Shown one piece after another: positions 11,555-23,325 of a stretch of DNA of 64,000 nucleotides (the stretch's first letter is position 1; the number at the start of each line of letters is the position of its first letter). The notes beneath the pieces were generated by a model. That model had not been told where the DNA came from. It saw only the letters and a list, made by a program, of their open reading frames with translations, and did not search any database. Source of the stretch: Leptogorgia sarmentosa (taxonomy: Eukaryota); the NCBI GenBank assembly GCA_964658305.1, contig OZ210885.1, positions 24,180,001-24,244,000 of the forward strand. Direction: 5' to 3'. The translations under genes were made by a program, and so were the position numbers.

Positions 11555-14118
11555 ATGGCCGAGACAGACATCCAGTTTCCTGCTGTTCATGATGAAGTGA
11601 TTCCGGATGCACAACTTTGTCCCGGCCCTGTGGTCGATCAAGAACCTCCGCCTGTTGAAGAACCGGCCGTACCGCCTTCCGTGGCTTCGCAAGACACTCA
11701 AAACGAGGCGATGGCGGTATATATACAGGGTGTATAAAAAAAAACGCAATCCAAGTTTAAGGCTTTATAACCAAAATAATATAGATTTCCATGTCTTAAC
11801 TTTTAGTTCATGTTTTAGCCCTATCTTTTTTCTACTCAATAAGTGGTCGATTGTGACTTTTTAGGCCATTTAGGACTTTAAAATAAGTGATTTACTGCAA
11901 GCAGTCATTTTTAGATGCTTCGAATTCGACGTTCTTAATTCCGAAGGGGACGTTATCGTTGCATGCGAATATTTTGTTTGAAATATTTTCGCGAAATAAT
12001 TTTAAAGTCTTAGGCATCATGCCACAGCTCACTACAGCAGAAATAACTTTTATTGTTGAAGGTTACTTTGTAACAAAAAGTATTCAGGAAGTTTTAAGAT
12101 TGTTTCGAATAGCTTTTCCGGATCGACAAGTCCCAAATTCGACGACCGTTTGGCGTAACGTACGTAAATACCGGCAGATACAGCTTGAAGCAGATGCTTT
12201 ACATGGAAATCATGAACTAATAAGAAGAGTTGCACGGGAAATACAACGTCGAAGTGATTTGTGTGTGCTGAGAAAGCCAGGCCACGTTGAATGATTGTAA
12301 CCAACTAAAGTTAAATTTTTAATAAAATTCAAGCTATCTCAAATTTTAAATTGTCCAATCACACTTACTAAAAATATCATTACTCGCTCATTTCCACCTC
12401 AAATTTAACAAACAAGCAGTCTTAAGAAAGCGGAATGATAGAGCTTTCTAACGGTGGTAAATATAGCCTATTTTCTATTACTTTTCGTTATGAAAATTGC
12501 ATTTGAACGTAGGATTGCGTTTTTTTTTATACACCCTGTATATTGATTCTCCTCTTATTTACTGTCCAGGGACATCTGCACGTTGTGCTGTCGTGTACGA
12601 CCCGATTTCCGCGAGTTTCGCCAGTGGATTCGGATATGTATTCCAACGCCGTAGGCTGCATTCCTTTTAATATATGGGCGAGAGTTCGCCAGTACAAATA
12701 TATGGGCGAGAATTCGCCAGTACAGATATATGAGCGAGAGTTCGTCAGTTGACAATATATGGGCGAGAATTCGTCAGGTGACAATATATGGGCGAGAGTT
12801 CGCCAGTACAAATATATGGGCGAGAGTTCGCCAGTACAAATATATGGGCGAGAGTTCGTCAGTTGAGAATATATGGGCGAGAATTCGTCAGGTGACAATA
12901 TATGGGCGAGAGTTCGCCAGTACAAATATATGGGCGAGAGTTCACCAGTTGAGAATATATGGGCGAGAGTTCGTCAGTTGACAATAGATGGGTGAGAATT
13001 CGCCAGTATAAATATATGGGCGAGAGTTCGCCGGGTGACAATATATGGGCGAGAGTTCGCCGGGTGACAATATATGGGCGAGAGTTCGCCGGGTTACAAT
13101 ATATGGGCGAGAGTTCATCAGTTGACAATATATGGGCGAGAGTTCACCAGTTGACAATATATGGGTGAGAATTCGCCAGTACAAATATATGGGCGAGAGT
13201 TCGTCAGTTGACATGGGCGAGAATTCGCCAGTTGGCAATATATGGGCGAGAATTCGCCAGTACAAATATATGGGCGAGAGTGCGTCCGTTGACAATATAG
13301 GGGCGAGAATCCGCCAGTACAAATATATGGCCGAGAGTAAGTCAGTACAAATATATGGGCGAGAGTTCGCCAGATGACAATATATGGGCGAGAATTCGCC
13401 AGACACACAATTGGGACGAGAGTTCTAATGAGCGCTTGCCAGGCATCAATTTATACGGGTGACAGCTCGTTCATTATGCTAGTATACTTGCTTTGCATAT
13501 GTCTTTACACAGGGGCCGAATGTTTGTTGCCAATTGTTTGGTCTTCTAGTGTTCAGATAATGGCATTGTGAGAGTGGTTGCCCGGCATGTCATTAACATG
13601 TGTGGGCGAGGGCTCACTGCCTAACGTGTAGGCGACTGTGATATGTGAGTTGCCTCAGCTTCTTCTCTTTCCGTTCACGTTAGACAATGAAGCAGGAGTT
13701 GCAGTGTCTGCGGTCCTCTGTGGAGGCGATCACGACAGCCTCTGTCGAAAGTGCTCATGATACGCGCCATGCCAAAGATAATTATTATCGCCTGGCCTAT
13801 CAGACTGTACGCACGAAGACGAATCTCCCGTCCGCTCAGTTTCGAAGTTTGTTACTGCGTCTCATTGGAGATAAAGATCATGAGAAGGTCTTTGCTATTG
13901 TCAGCAAAGTGGAGAAGAGCTTCCAGAGGGATCAACGTTCCACCAGCAGTACTGTGCATGTTCCTTTCGCGGGTCGTGGCCTCGCGAGGGCACCTCGGTG
14001 TTATTATTGTCGCCAGCCAGGCCATTTTCAGGCCCAGTGTATGCAGCGCCAGAGGGATTTCGCGACACAGAGACCGGGGGAGACCGCTGGGAGTAGCTCT
14101 GATGTCGTTCGATCTTAA
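11555..14118 (+). CDS. Predicted two-exon gag-like protein (~198 aa) with CCHC zinc knuckle
   Basis: Exon 1 11555-11716 (54 codons, donor GCG|GTATAT). Exon 2 13684-14118 follows the pyrimidine tract cttcttctctttccgttcacgttAG. Both junctions are phase 0. Knuckle CYYCRQPGHFQAQC. Confidence 0.6.
11726..12538 (+). mobile_element. Internally deleted Tc1/mariner-superfamily transposon
   Basis: TIRs cagggtgtataaaaaaaaacgcaatcc with TA TSD. The ORF remnant MPQLTTAEITFIVEGYFVTKS...WRNVRKYR (DUF4817-like HTH) is fused to a transposase C-terminal tail (LCV...GHVE). Confidence 0.88.
12669..13402. repeat. Tandem array of ~27 units of 26-28 bp with an internal palindrome
   Basis: Unit aatatatgggcgaga(g/a)ttcg(c/t)ca followed by gtaca, gttgac, ggtgac or gttgag. 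The core GGCGA-gagt-TCGCC is self-complementary. Confidence 0.95.
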
Positions 14119-17100
14119 GGGACCATTAAAACTGTTTTGTACACGTTTTATAATAATAGTGTGTCTATTTGTTATATGCATGTTGTGATGGGATCCTTTA
14201 GAGCAGCAATAGTTTGTGACATGTGTCTTTATTTGCGGTAATACGCGGCGTTGGGTGTGCCTGCATGTAGGTCTTGATACGATTGTCTCCGTCTGGGTCT
14301 TTGTCATTATTGTTGTAGAGAATAAAGTGTGTGCTATTTCCCCCTCTGTTCTGGCTCTTGTTTTGTCTTGTCTTAAACTACGAGGGAGGGCTTTGTCATG
14401 ATTGCTTGGCTGTTTCGGGAAGATATTTCTGTGTTGTCCCACCGTTGCTAGTGAGTCTTGGCAGTTTTGATATGGATACCTAAATCAACCCTTCCGTTAA
14501 TCGGACAAACCTGTCATCTCTCTGCTGGCTTTGGCTGGGGGTTTTTTGATCTTGGACTGTTTTGCTCCTTTGTTTTCCAATACCATTTGCGTCCTGGGAA
14601 TGTGATGAGGCCTTTGATGCTATGGTTGTTAAAGTAGCTCGGGAGCAGCAATGCCCTGTACAATGGGTGGATTTTATGGGAAACCCCAGGGAAGTCAGCG
14701 GGGGGATGGTAGCGAATGCCCAATTAGCTTCCATTGTGGGGAATGTTACGCAGGGAAGAGCAGTGGGACATGTGGAGGACATCTTCTCGTGCTGCGGATG
14801 TCACGGAGCCATGGCAGGACCTGAATGAACTTAAGCACTTTGTTTGCGCCTTTCCTACTGCCGCTCTAGGGAAACGACAGCATTCGGATTTGTGATTATT
14901 AATTTGTCGTTATAAAGTTTGGGAGTTTGGGGTGAGATTGGGGTGATTTTGTGGATAATGTGGGGAGGTCTTTTGAAGTACCGGAAATCAGGGAGATGAG
15001 CCGACTGGGTTTGTGAGAAAGACAAGCGTAGGTGGCGTGGATCACCATTATTCCCAATCCTTAATTAGACTGAGCATGATTGACAGGATTGTGAATAGGA
15101 TACTATTCACAACCCTTATAATGATATGCAAAGGAAAATTAAGGTATAATCTACCATGTATGCATGACTGAGCAAGCACACGTGGTTGTTACGACTCAGG
15201 GAGTATAAATATGAGAGAAAATCCTCAAATCTGGCTCAGTTTCTTTCCAGCGGATAAGTGAGCAGGACGAACGGCGCACCCACCCACCCACCCAAGATTT
15301 TCGTGGGTCGTAAAACCCCTGCTTCCTCTAAGCCATGCTTTTCAAGCCTGGCTTAGGCGCTGGATCACCATCATTCCCAATCCTTAATTAGACTGAGCAT
15401 GATTGACAGGATTGTGAATAGGATACTTTTCCCAAGATCCTCTTCCATCGCAACGTTCGCTCGGAGTGATGTGGGATTTGCAAAGAGATGCCTTTACATT
15501 CCAAATTACAATCCCGGAAAGACCGTATACCCGTCGAGGAGTTCTAGCCGTGGTCAACTCCATTTACGACCCACTGGGACTCGTGACCCCTGTCACTTTA
15601 CAAGGACGCTTGCTGTTACGCAAATTAACTGAAATGGGCAACAAAGCACGAAGTAAGAACTGTGACGAAACACCTCTTGGTTGGGACGACCCACTTCCAC
15701 AACATCTTCGTAGTAAATGGAGCTGTTGGAAGAAATCTCTATGCGAGCTAGAAGCCATTCAAGTTCCGAGATGTTATCGTCCAGAATCTTTTGGCGAAGC
15801 TGAGAAAATAGAAATTCATGCGTTTTCGGATGCTAGCGACAAAGCAATCGGTGTTGCGGTTTACCTCAAGCAAACAAATCATCGAGGAGAAATAACCATT
15901 TCTCTCTTGTTTGCACAAGCACGATTATCCCCAAAGCAAGTGACCACTGTGCCAAGGCTCGAACTTTGTGCTGCAGTCTTATCAGCTCAAGCCGTCAAGT
16001 GGATAACCCATGAACTGCGCTTGAATGTGAATGAAATCTTTTTCTACACAGATTCCAGAGTTGTCTTAGGATATATACAAAACGAAAGCCGACGCTTTTA
16101 CATGTACGTCGCTAACAGAATCCAAATTATCCGTAGTATTTCTGACCCGACGCAATGGAGATATGTAGACACTGCTGTGAATCCCGCAGACATCGCGACA
16201 AGATGCAAACCTGCTAAGCAGCTCATGGCGTCACCATGGTTCGAGGGTCCCAATTTCTTGCGTCAATTACCATCTCCATTAATCGATTGCCCCGAAATTG
16301 GTATTACCGCAGATGATCCTGAAGTTCGACCTGAAGTCCGTGCCTACTCGTCCGCTATCCAAGAAACAAATGGTTTGGGGTCAGAAAGATTTAGTCGGTT
16401 TTCTAAATGGTACACTTTGAGAAAGGCTCTCACCACCTTAATCGTTCTAGCAAAGCACCATCATGCTCGACGGCGAGGAGGGAATTCGTCGTCAAATGAA
16501 AGAATGATTACTCGCAAGAATTCGCGTACTCCCCGAAATCCCAGAAAAACCCTAAGAAATCCATCCGCAAAAAAACTTAAACAAGCAGAAATACTGATGA
16601 TTAAAGCCACACAAACTAAGTCCTTCGCCAACGAAAAGAAAATTATTCAACAATCAAGGTCATTGAAAAATTCCTGTTTATATCGCCTCGACCCCTTCAT
16701 CAACAACGATGGCGTAATTCGTGTTGGGGGACGACTTCGTCGAGCAGACCAACTATACGAAGAAAAACATCCGGCTATCCTACCTAAAAACAGTCATTTG
16801 GCTCACTTAGTAATCGACCATTATCATGAAAGTGTCCATCATCAAGGGAGACAAATTACTCATGGGAGGATCCGTCAAGCAGGGATATGGATAGTCGGTG
16901 CAAATCGGATGATTTCGAAGAGAATCAATCAGTGCGTCAAATGTCGAAGATTGCGCAGAAAGTTGTCATCACAACTTATGGCTGATTTACCAAGCGATAG
17001 ACTGGGTACACCGCTACCATTTACCAATGTTGGATTTGATGTATTCAGACCCTGGAACATCCAAACACGAAGACTGAGAGGAGGAGCAATTAATGCAAAA

Positions 17101-17361
17101 CGTTGGGCCGTGATTTTCACATGCTTAAATTGCAGAGCCGTCCACATCGAAGTGTTAGAAACCATGGAAACAAGCTAATTTATTTGTGCACTCAGAAGAT
17201 TCTTCGCTATCCGTGGTTCACCTTCCCTGTTGCGATGCGACCGAGGTACCAACTTTATTGGCGGGAAAACAGAATTAGACGATGCACTAAACGAAATGGA
17301 TCGAAAGACCATCGAGAAGTACGTGACACAACAGAACTGCGAATGGTCCTTGGGCGAGGAG

Positions 17362-17732
17362 TGTGATGTTAGACGAAGTACGTCATGTTAGACTTTTCAT
17401 AGAGACTCGGCCCAGCGTCCCGTGGGTTTATAAAGCGCAGTTGGCGGCCATTTTTTATATTTTTGTTCTTACTTTGAGCACAAATGGAGATACAATCGGA
17501 GCCTAATCGGAGCATTGATACGGAGACTAAAGGGAGTTTGTAGATAGCAAACAGGCCTAAGATGTATGTACTGTTTTTCTATGTTATTTGTTACTTATTG
17601 CCTGTATTTTGTCATTAATAGTATTTGTTTATATTGTACGTAATTTGTAGTTTTCACCGTGGTTTGAATAAAATATATGGAAACTATTCGTGCCTCTGGT
17701 TGACACGTCGTTCCCACTCTGGGGACGCGACA
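17362..17732 (+). repeat. 3' LTR
   Basis: Direct repeat of 7575-7945. Confidence 0.96.
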
Positions 17733-18950
17733 CTTTATATTCATTTAAATGTTTTTTGACTCCCTGGGCAGCTCTTGTTTTGCCAGTCCTGTTCATGCTT
17801 GCTCTACTTGTTCCAATCTCCTTTGCTGACAGATCATTTACAAAAATACCAAATTCAATCTAGTAAACAAATATTTAGCATTGAAATAAATGTGAGTGGA
17901 TTAACTTTATACAGTGGATGTCTCAAAAAGAGACCTTTAAAGGGGTATAAATTATTAGCCATGATTACATGCACATGCACATGCAGGCTTTACAATAATT
18001 TCACTATTATTTTCACATGGTGTTAGATTGTGTTACTTTGTATTATTTATTCACCTTTTGGGTAGGGCCCCTAAATGGAAGAGGTATTGGGGACATAATC
18101 GCAACCCTAAATTACACATGATTTCAACAGTATATACAAAAGCAATTTCATTTTTTAAAAAAGCAAAACATTTTATCATTGCCTTATTGCAGCTTGATGA
18201 GTGCAAAGTACAGTAAATAAAAGCCTGCTGTCATGTAAATTGTTTGCAATATACTTAGATTAATTGGCTCAGTTATCATGATCTTGGTTTTTAAATGTTA
18301 TACACTTAGTTCAGTAATAGGACCATGTAACAACATAGCATTACCAAGTATATTTATTGCAATCATGCTGAGAATGACATGTTGAAACATGATTCTTTTT
18401 TGTATTTTTTGTATTATAAAGATAGGTAATTGGACCTCTACGGGGCGTTTTCGGTGGTTAATGTGGTACTCATAGGTTCCCTAGGGAACGTTCATTGTTG
18501 AACTGAAATTCAAAGGGTCCTATTGGACTTTCCTTCAACTGATGTTGTAGGTATTTGTTTGATCTCATCTGTTGTATAGCTGTTGTATGGCAAAACACAT
18601 TATTCACGCAGGGTCTATATCATAAGACCGTCCTGCGAGGTGTTTTATAGGAAGACACGCATATAGCACGAATACACACGTATTATACACATTACACATG
18701 CACACAATTAAAAACGTGAAAAGTATGAAGAATAAAGCTAGAATCAATGCATTAAAAACTGTAAATGGTGAGACGAAGGGATTGTGGATATGGTTGTATA
18801 GTTCAGAACTCAACATATCTATGTATGTTGAGCTAGGCCATCATATAATTCAAAGAGTCTAGGATGAATAGACCGTACTTTTGAAGAATATTGGCGAGAT
18901 TACGATAATCACTCGCGGACGAGTTTTATTTGGTAATGTAATTTTTTGGC

Positions 18951-18988
18951 CCTCGACGCGTTTCGGTCTTAAGACCTTCATCAGGAGG
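18951..18988 (-). ncRNA. Minimal type I hammerhead ribozyme
   Basis: Minus strand reads cctc-CTGATGA-a-ggtc(ttaa)gacc-GAAAC-GC-GTC-gagg, with a GUC cleavage triplet and palindromic ACGCGT stem III. Confidence 0.88.
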
Positions 18989-19501
18989 GGCTTCTCTGTT
19001 GGTTGTTGTTCTTTTTAGTTTTGTGCATATGATGATGGTGGGTGTGGTATGGATTAACCAGTTTACGGAAAAAAAAAAAACGAAAAAAAAACAACTCACA
19101 GAATGATGTATTGCGTGGTAGCCCATATCTTCCAGCCATAATGTTAGTTGGATGTAAAACTAAACTAATTCACAGTGAAGTACAACGTTTGCTGTTGTGT
19201 TGAATGTCCGCGTATGCGAGAGCAAATGAGTAATTGGTATATCACAGGTATTATATTGGTACATGTCGTGACGTCATTATATATGATAGCGTTGGATATT
19301 GTACATGTGCTAGTTGGATGTGATTGACGGGGGGTGTTTGAAATGTGCATTAGTAGATGGTTCTTTCGATTAGTAGGATGGGTGTCTGTGAACTGTTTGT
19401 CATCACCATGCACCCTTTTACCGATTAGGCAGATCTGATAGATATGCACACATATATACATATAGTGTCAATACATATTGTTTGAGTAAAGTTACATAAA
19501 T

Positions 19502-20029
19502 ATAGGATATTACACGGTTGCGAGAAGATATGGATTTTATGTTCGAGTGGCAAGAACAATATCTCACGAGTGAGCGCAGCGAACGAGTGAGATATTGTTC
19601 TTGCCACGAGAACATAAAATCCATATCTTCGAGCGAACCGTGTAATGTTCTGTTTATTATATGGACTTATTCAGAGTGACACAAATACACAACAACTAAC
19701 CCTTTTAATGAAAACATGCAGTCTAAAACACGACAATTAATGACTTTAAAATTAGCCTTTACTAAATATAGATTATAAAATACCGCTTTATTGTAGTTTA
19801 TCGTAGTATTGTAGCTTTATTGTTCGTCACAAAACGTACTAGTATCGTCTTCGCTTAAATTCACAAACCTTCAAGTAGAAGCCATTTGTAAACAGCGAAA
19901 AAGGCGGGAAGGTTATGTCACCCCTAAGCGTGACATACGGAAAATACGCGCACCGTATCCCGGATGTAGTGGCGTATGAGTTCCACGAGTGTTTTAGTTC
20001 TCAATAAAATACCGCTGTCCATATAATAA
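19502..20029. mobile_element. Non-autonomous hairpin element (Crypton-associated type by resemblance)
   Basis: Long hairpin 19509-19646 with loop gagcgcagcgaacg, plus a second inverted pair ttattatatggac (19654-19666) and gtccatataataa (20017-20029). Inserted in AT-rich microsatellite-like DNA. Confidence 0.55.
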
Positions 20030-20411
20030 GTATATATATATTACACACACATATACACATTACAATTGTGTATATATCTATACATTTTTATATCTATACA
20101 TATGGATGTTACAAAAATTATTTGTACAAGGTCTGTTATATATGTGCGGAGCACCTACATCTTACATACCTATATATGCACATACATTTATATGTACACT
20201 ATTTTACACATATTCACGTATATGAAAATTATTACTATAAGAATTATATTTATAATGTATTTATAACCACCCTTATAGGTATTATTTTTATATAAGGGAA
20301 TTGGAATACACCGGAGATATACATAGATGTTGGGAGTATGTACAGCATTATACATACGCGTAGTTACGACCCAATATATAATACATATATATACATATAC
20401 ACACATATATA

Positions 20412-21186
20412 CAGGGTGTATCAAAAAAAAGTTTACTGATGAAAAACATTCTCTAAACTAACAAGCGCTCAAAATTTCCAAAAACTTTCGGTTAGCATAG
20501 GTAGTTTAACACCCTCTGGTATATCTAGCACTAAGTTTATTTTAAAAACAAACTTTTTTAGAATGGGAAATGTGGTTACTGAAAGGCCCATTAAAAACGG
20601 CTTGCGCGGAAAAAATACGTTTTCTTCACACAATGTGATTTAATCGCATGAAAATATGGAGTATGATATACAAGCTATTCAAGTTTTGAGAAATTTGGTG
20701 CACGCTGAGACTAACGTGCGATGTCCGAAAACTGAATTTTCCGCAATTTCTTTGCGTAATTACGGACCTTTGGGAATTAGCTTGCAATTTGCATTGGTAA
20801 TTAATGCAAATATCCAATTATGCATAAATTAATCGGTAATCACGCAGGAAAGAACGCAAAATCCAGTTTTCGGACATCGCGCGTTCGTCTCAGCGTGCAC
20901 CAAATTTCTCAAAACTTGAATAGCTTGTATATCATACTCCATATTTTCATCCGATTAAATCAAATTGTGTGAAGAAAACGTATTTTTTCCGCGCAAGCTG
21001 TTTTAAATGAACACATTTTTAACCACATTTCCCATTCTGAAAAAGTTTGTTTTTAAAATAAACTTAGTGCTAGATATACCAGTGGGTGTTAAACTACCCA
21101 TGCTAACCGAAAGTTTTTGGAAGTTTTGAGCGCTCGTTAGTTTAGAGAATTTTTTTCATCAGTAAACTTTTTTTTGATACACCGTG
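20412..21186. mobile_element. Foldback MITE, Tc1/mariner-type ends
   Basis: cagggtgtatcaaaaaaaagtttactgatg... matches its inverted copy over ~350 bp per arm. TA TSD; no coding capacity. Confidence 0.9.
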
Positions 21187-21652
21187 TATATACATATATA
21201 CATACACACACAGAGGCACGCACATGTGTGCGCGCTAGTTGTAGGACCAAATCGGATGTTTTTTGGCTATATTCCCAGCGGTTATTTGTGCAGATTATTT
21301 ATATATTATGGGTTGGGAGATTACAAATTGGGGGATTTTACAGTTAGTACTACAAATTGGGGGATTTTACAGTTAGTACTACAAATTGGGAACCTGGGTT
21401 GGTTTACAAATCTTGATATTGGATGTTGTGTCGTTGCATTGTTCCATTATCTTTTGCCTCGCGAAAACTTTTCCAGGGGTACGTAATATTAATATCCTTT
21501 GTGGTGTCAATAATGTTATACCAGTGTTCGGGTTTTGTTCGTCTTCTCCCCATAAATCCGGCGCGTAAGTGTCTTAGTCTTGATATATGGTCCTTGTTGT
21601 TTGAGGAAGCCTGTCTAGTATAGTGACTGGGTAGGTTTGGTAGTATGCTGAG

Positions 21653-22309
21653 TTAGTCGCTGAGTTTATCGCCAGTCTTTTTAAGTTTGCTTTTAACCAG
21701 CACGTCTTTGATATTTTTATTGCGTTTGAATGCGACCATAGGTATGTCTGGCCATAATATTTGGAGTGTTGGGTCCCTTTCTATTAGGTACCAGTGTTTT
21801 TTGAGAATTTGTGAAATGTGTGTCGTTTCGAAGGCCTGATCGATATTATGACCTTTGTATCCTCTGGTCATTAGGATGATTTTAAGTCGTTCTAGTTGGT
21901 TGCGTAATAGGTTGTCGTTTGTGATTAGTCTCCTGTAACGCAGTGCCTGGCTTTGTATTATTCCAAGTTTGCAGTAGTTTGGATGGAAAGAGGTGTTGTG
22001 GAGTAACATTGTTTTATCGGTTGGTTTGATGTAAATGTCAGATTCTAGTTTGTATTGTTCGTTGACGTATATTTTTGTGTCCAGGAAATGTACGGTTTGT
22101 TTTGAGTATTCATACTCAAATTTGATGGTGGGGTGTGAGTCATTCATGTATTGGAGGAATCGTATTAGGGATGTTTCACCATGGCACTATATAGCAAAGA
22201 TGTCATCCAGAAATCTGATCCATTCAAGAGGTATCAGGCTTTCTGGTGCATTGCTGAGGATTTTTCCTTCTAGGGTGGCCATGAATATATTCGTGTATGA
22301 AACAGCCAT
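21653..22309 (-). pseudogene. Penelope-like RT, C-terminal half and thumb
   Basis: MAVSYTNIFM...WIRFLDDIFAI (stop) ...HPTIKF...VHFLDTKI...YIKPTD...SFHP...SQALRYRRL...AFKRNKNIKDVLVKSKL. Confidence 0.9.
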
Positions 22310-22372
22310 CCATACCACACCCACCATCATCATATGCACAAAACTAAAAAGAACAACAACCAACAGAAAAGC

Positions 22373-22412
22373 CCCTCCTGATGAAGGTCTTAAGACCGAA
22401 ATGCGTCGAGGG
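22373..22412 (+). ncRNA. Hammerhead ribozyme copy with a C>T change in stem III
   Basis: ccctc-CTGATGA-a-ggtc(ttaa)gacc-GAAAT-GCGTC-gaggg. T22402 replaces the C seen in the other copy. Confidence 0.8.
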
Positions 22413-23325
22413 CCAAAAAATTACATTACCAAATAAAACTCGTCCGCGAGTGATTATCGTAATCTCGCCAATATTCTTCAAAAGTACGGTCTATTCATCC
22501 TAGACTCTTTGAATTATATGATGGCCTAGCTGAACATACATAGATATGTTGAGTTCTGAACTATACAACCATATCCACAATCCCTTCGTCTCACCATTTA
22601 CAGTTTTTAATGCATTGATTCTAGCTTTATTCTTCATACTTTTCACGTTTTTAATTGTGTGCATGTGTAATGTGTATAATACGTGTGTATTCGTGCTATA
22701 TGCGTGTCTTCCTATAAAACACCTTGCAGGACGGTCTTATGATATAGACCCTGCGCGAATAATGTGTTTTGCCATACAACAGCTATACAACAGATGAGAT
22801 CAAACAAATACCTACAACATCAGTTGAAGGAAAGTCCAATAGGACCCTTTGAATTTCAGTTCAACAATGAACGTTCCCTAGGGAACCTATGAGTACCACA
22901 TTAACCACCGAAAACGCCCCGTAGAGGTCCAATTACCTATCTTTATAATACAAAAATTGCGAGTCACATATAGGGAACGGGAAGCATAGCTAAACCAAGC
23001 TCCCTCTACTTGGCAGTTTTCCCAACTCGACACAAAACACCCGCACATTATCAACCCAAACCATTAATTGATACTGATCTCAGACCATAATCCTTTGATC
23101 GGAATGTGCCACATGTGACAACAGGACTATAATCCCATTTTACATACTCAAAGCACATTCCATATAACAACATCACGCCAACCCAATTATAGTACACGCC
23201 AATCTAATATATAACATAATATAATATAATATAAATCCATTTGTACAACCATACACACATGTCATAACTAGTTCAACCATTCATATGTAGCAATACCTCT
23301 CAAGACAACGGAAAATAGCACGGAA

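Larger units (their letters stand above)
11349..15427 (+). mobile_element. Non-autonomous tyrosine-recombinase retrotransposon (DIRS class, Ngaro/PAT-type split direct repeats)
   Basis: Layout A1 (11349-11520) ... B1 (15038-15104) A2 (15102-15273) ... B2 (15361-15427). ACT occurs at both ends and at the B1/A2 junction. A CCHC gag-like ORF is present; no RT or YR core is visible. Confidence 0.9.
9500..17347 (+). pseudogene. BEL/Pao pol (protease, RT, RNase H, partial integrase), split by the DIRS/Ngaro insertion
   Basis: Protease IIDEQSNAS; RT WYLPHFGV, CDIEQMF and YVDN; RNase H HAFSDAS and VPRLEL; integrase HHCC. Removing 11349-15427 rejoins LRELN-FSQDPLPSQRSLGVMWD in frame. There is a stop at 17176-17178 and the integrase C-terminus is missing before the PPT. 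Confidence 0.92.
7575..17732 (+). mobile_element. BEL/Pao LTR retrotransposon with both LTRs, defective
   Basis: 371-bp LTRs at 7575-7945 and 17362-17732 (TG...CA, about 4 substitutions seen). 5-bp TSD CTTTA (7570-7574, 17733-17737). PPT gggcgaggag at 17352-17361. Confidence 0.97.
5173..17780 (-). pseudogene. Intron-containing DUF6589-type (AcademH-like) gene, disrupted by BEL/Pao and Penelope insertions
   Basis: Removing BEL element 7575-17732 plus one TSD joins AAQGVKKHLNEYK to DFHCKEVEAHICSSFMDMLG. Exon ~6879-7000 splices in phase to the exon intact in copy 1 to give a C2H2 finger, CRSKCGLVYSTKATRNRHEYNEH. The DUF6589 core is at 6158-6630. Confidence 0.65.

Noticed and set aside
12669..13402. 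CRISPR-like array of palindromic repeats
   Set aside because: The variable parts are only ~5-6 nt and recur, so there are no unique spacers. There are no cas genes and the context is eukaryotic.
12527..13408. Many overlapping ORFs with repeated peptides (NSRPYI, WARVRQ)
   Set aside because: They are by-products of the tandem array lacking stops in several frames.
20030..20424. Tyr/Ile-rich ORFs
   Set aside because: They are translations of (TA)n/(CA)n-rich low-complexity DNA.
18604..22797. Matching ORF pairs 18604-18816 and 22546-22797, 18926-19126 and the end of 22035-22436, including a hydrophobic 70-83-aa peptide
   Set aside because: They are explained by the inverted terminal repeat and have no recognisable domain or independent coding evidence.
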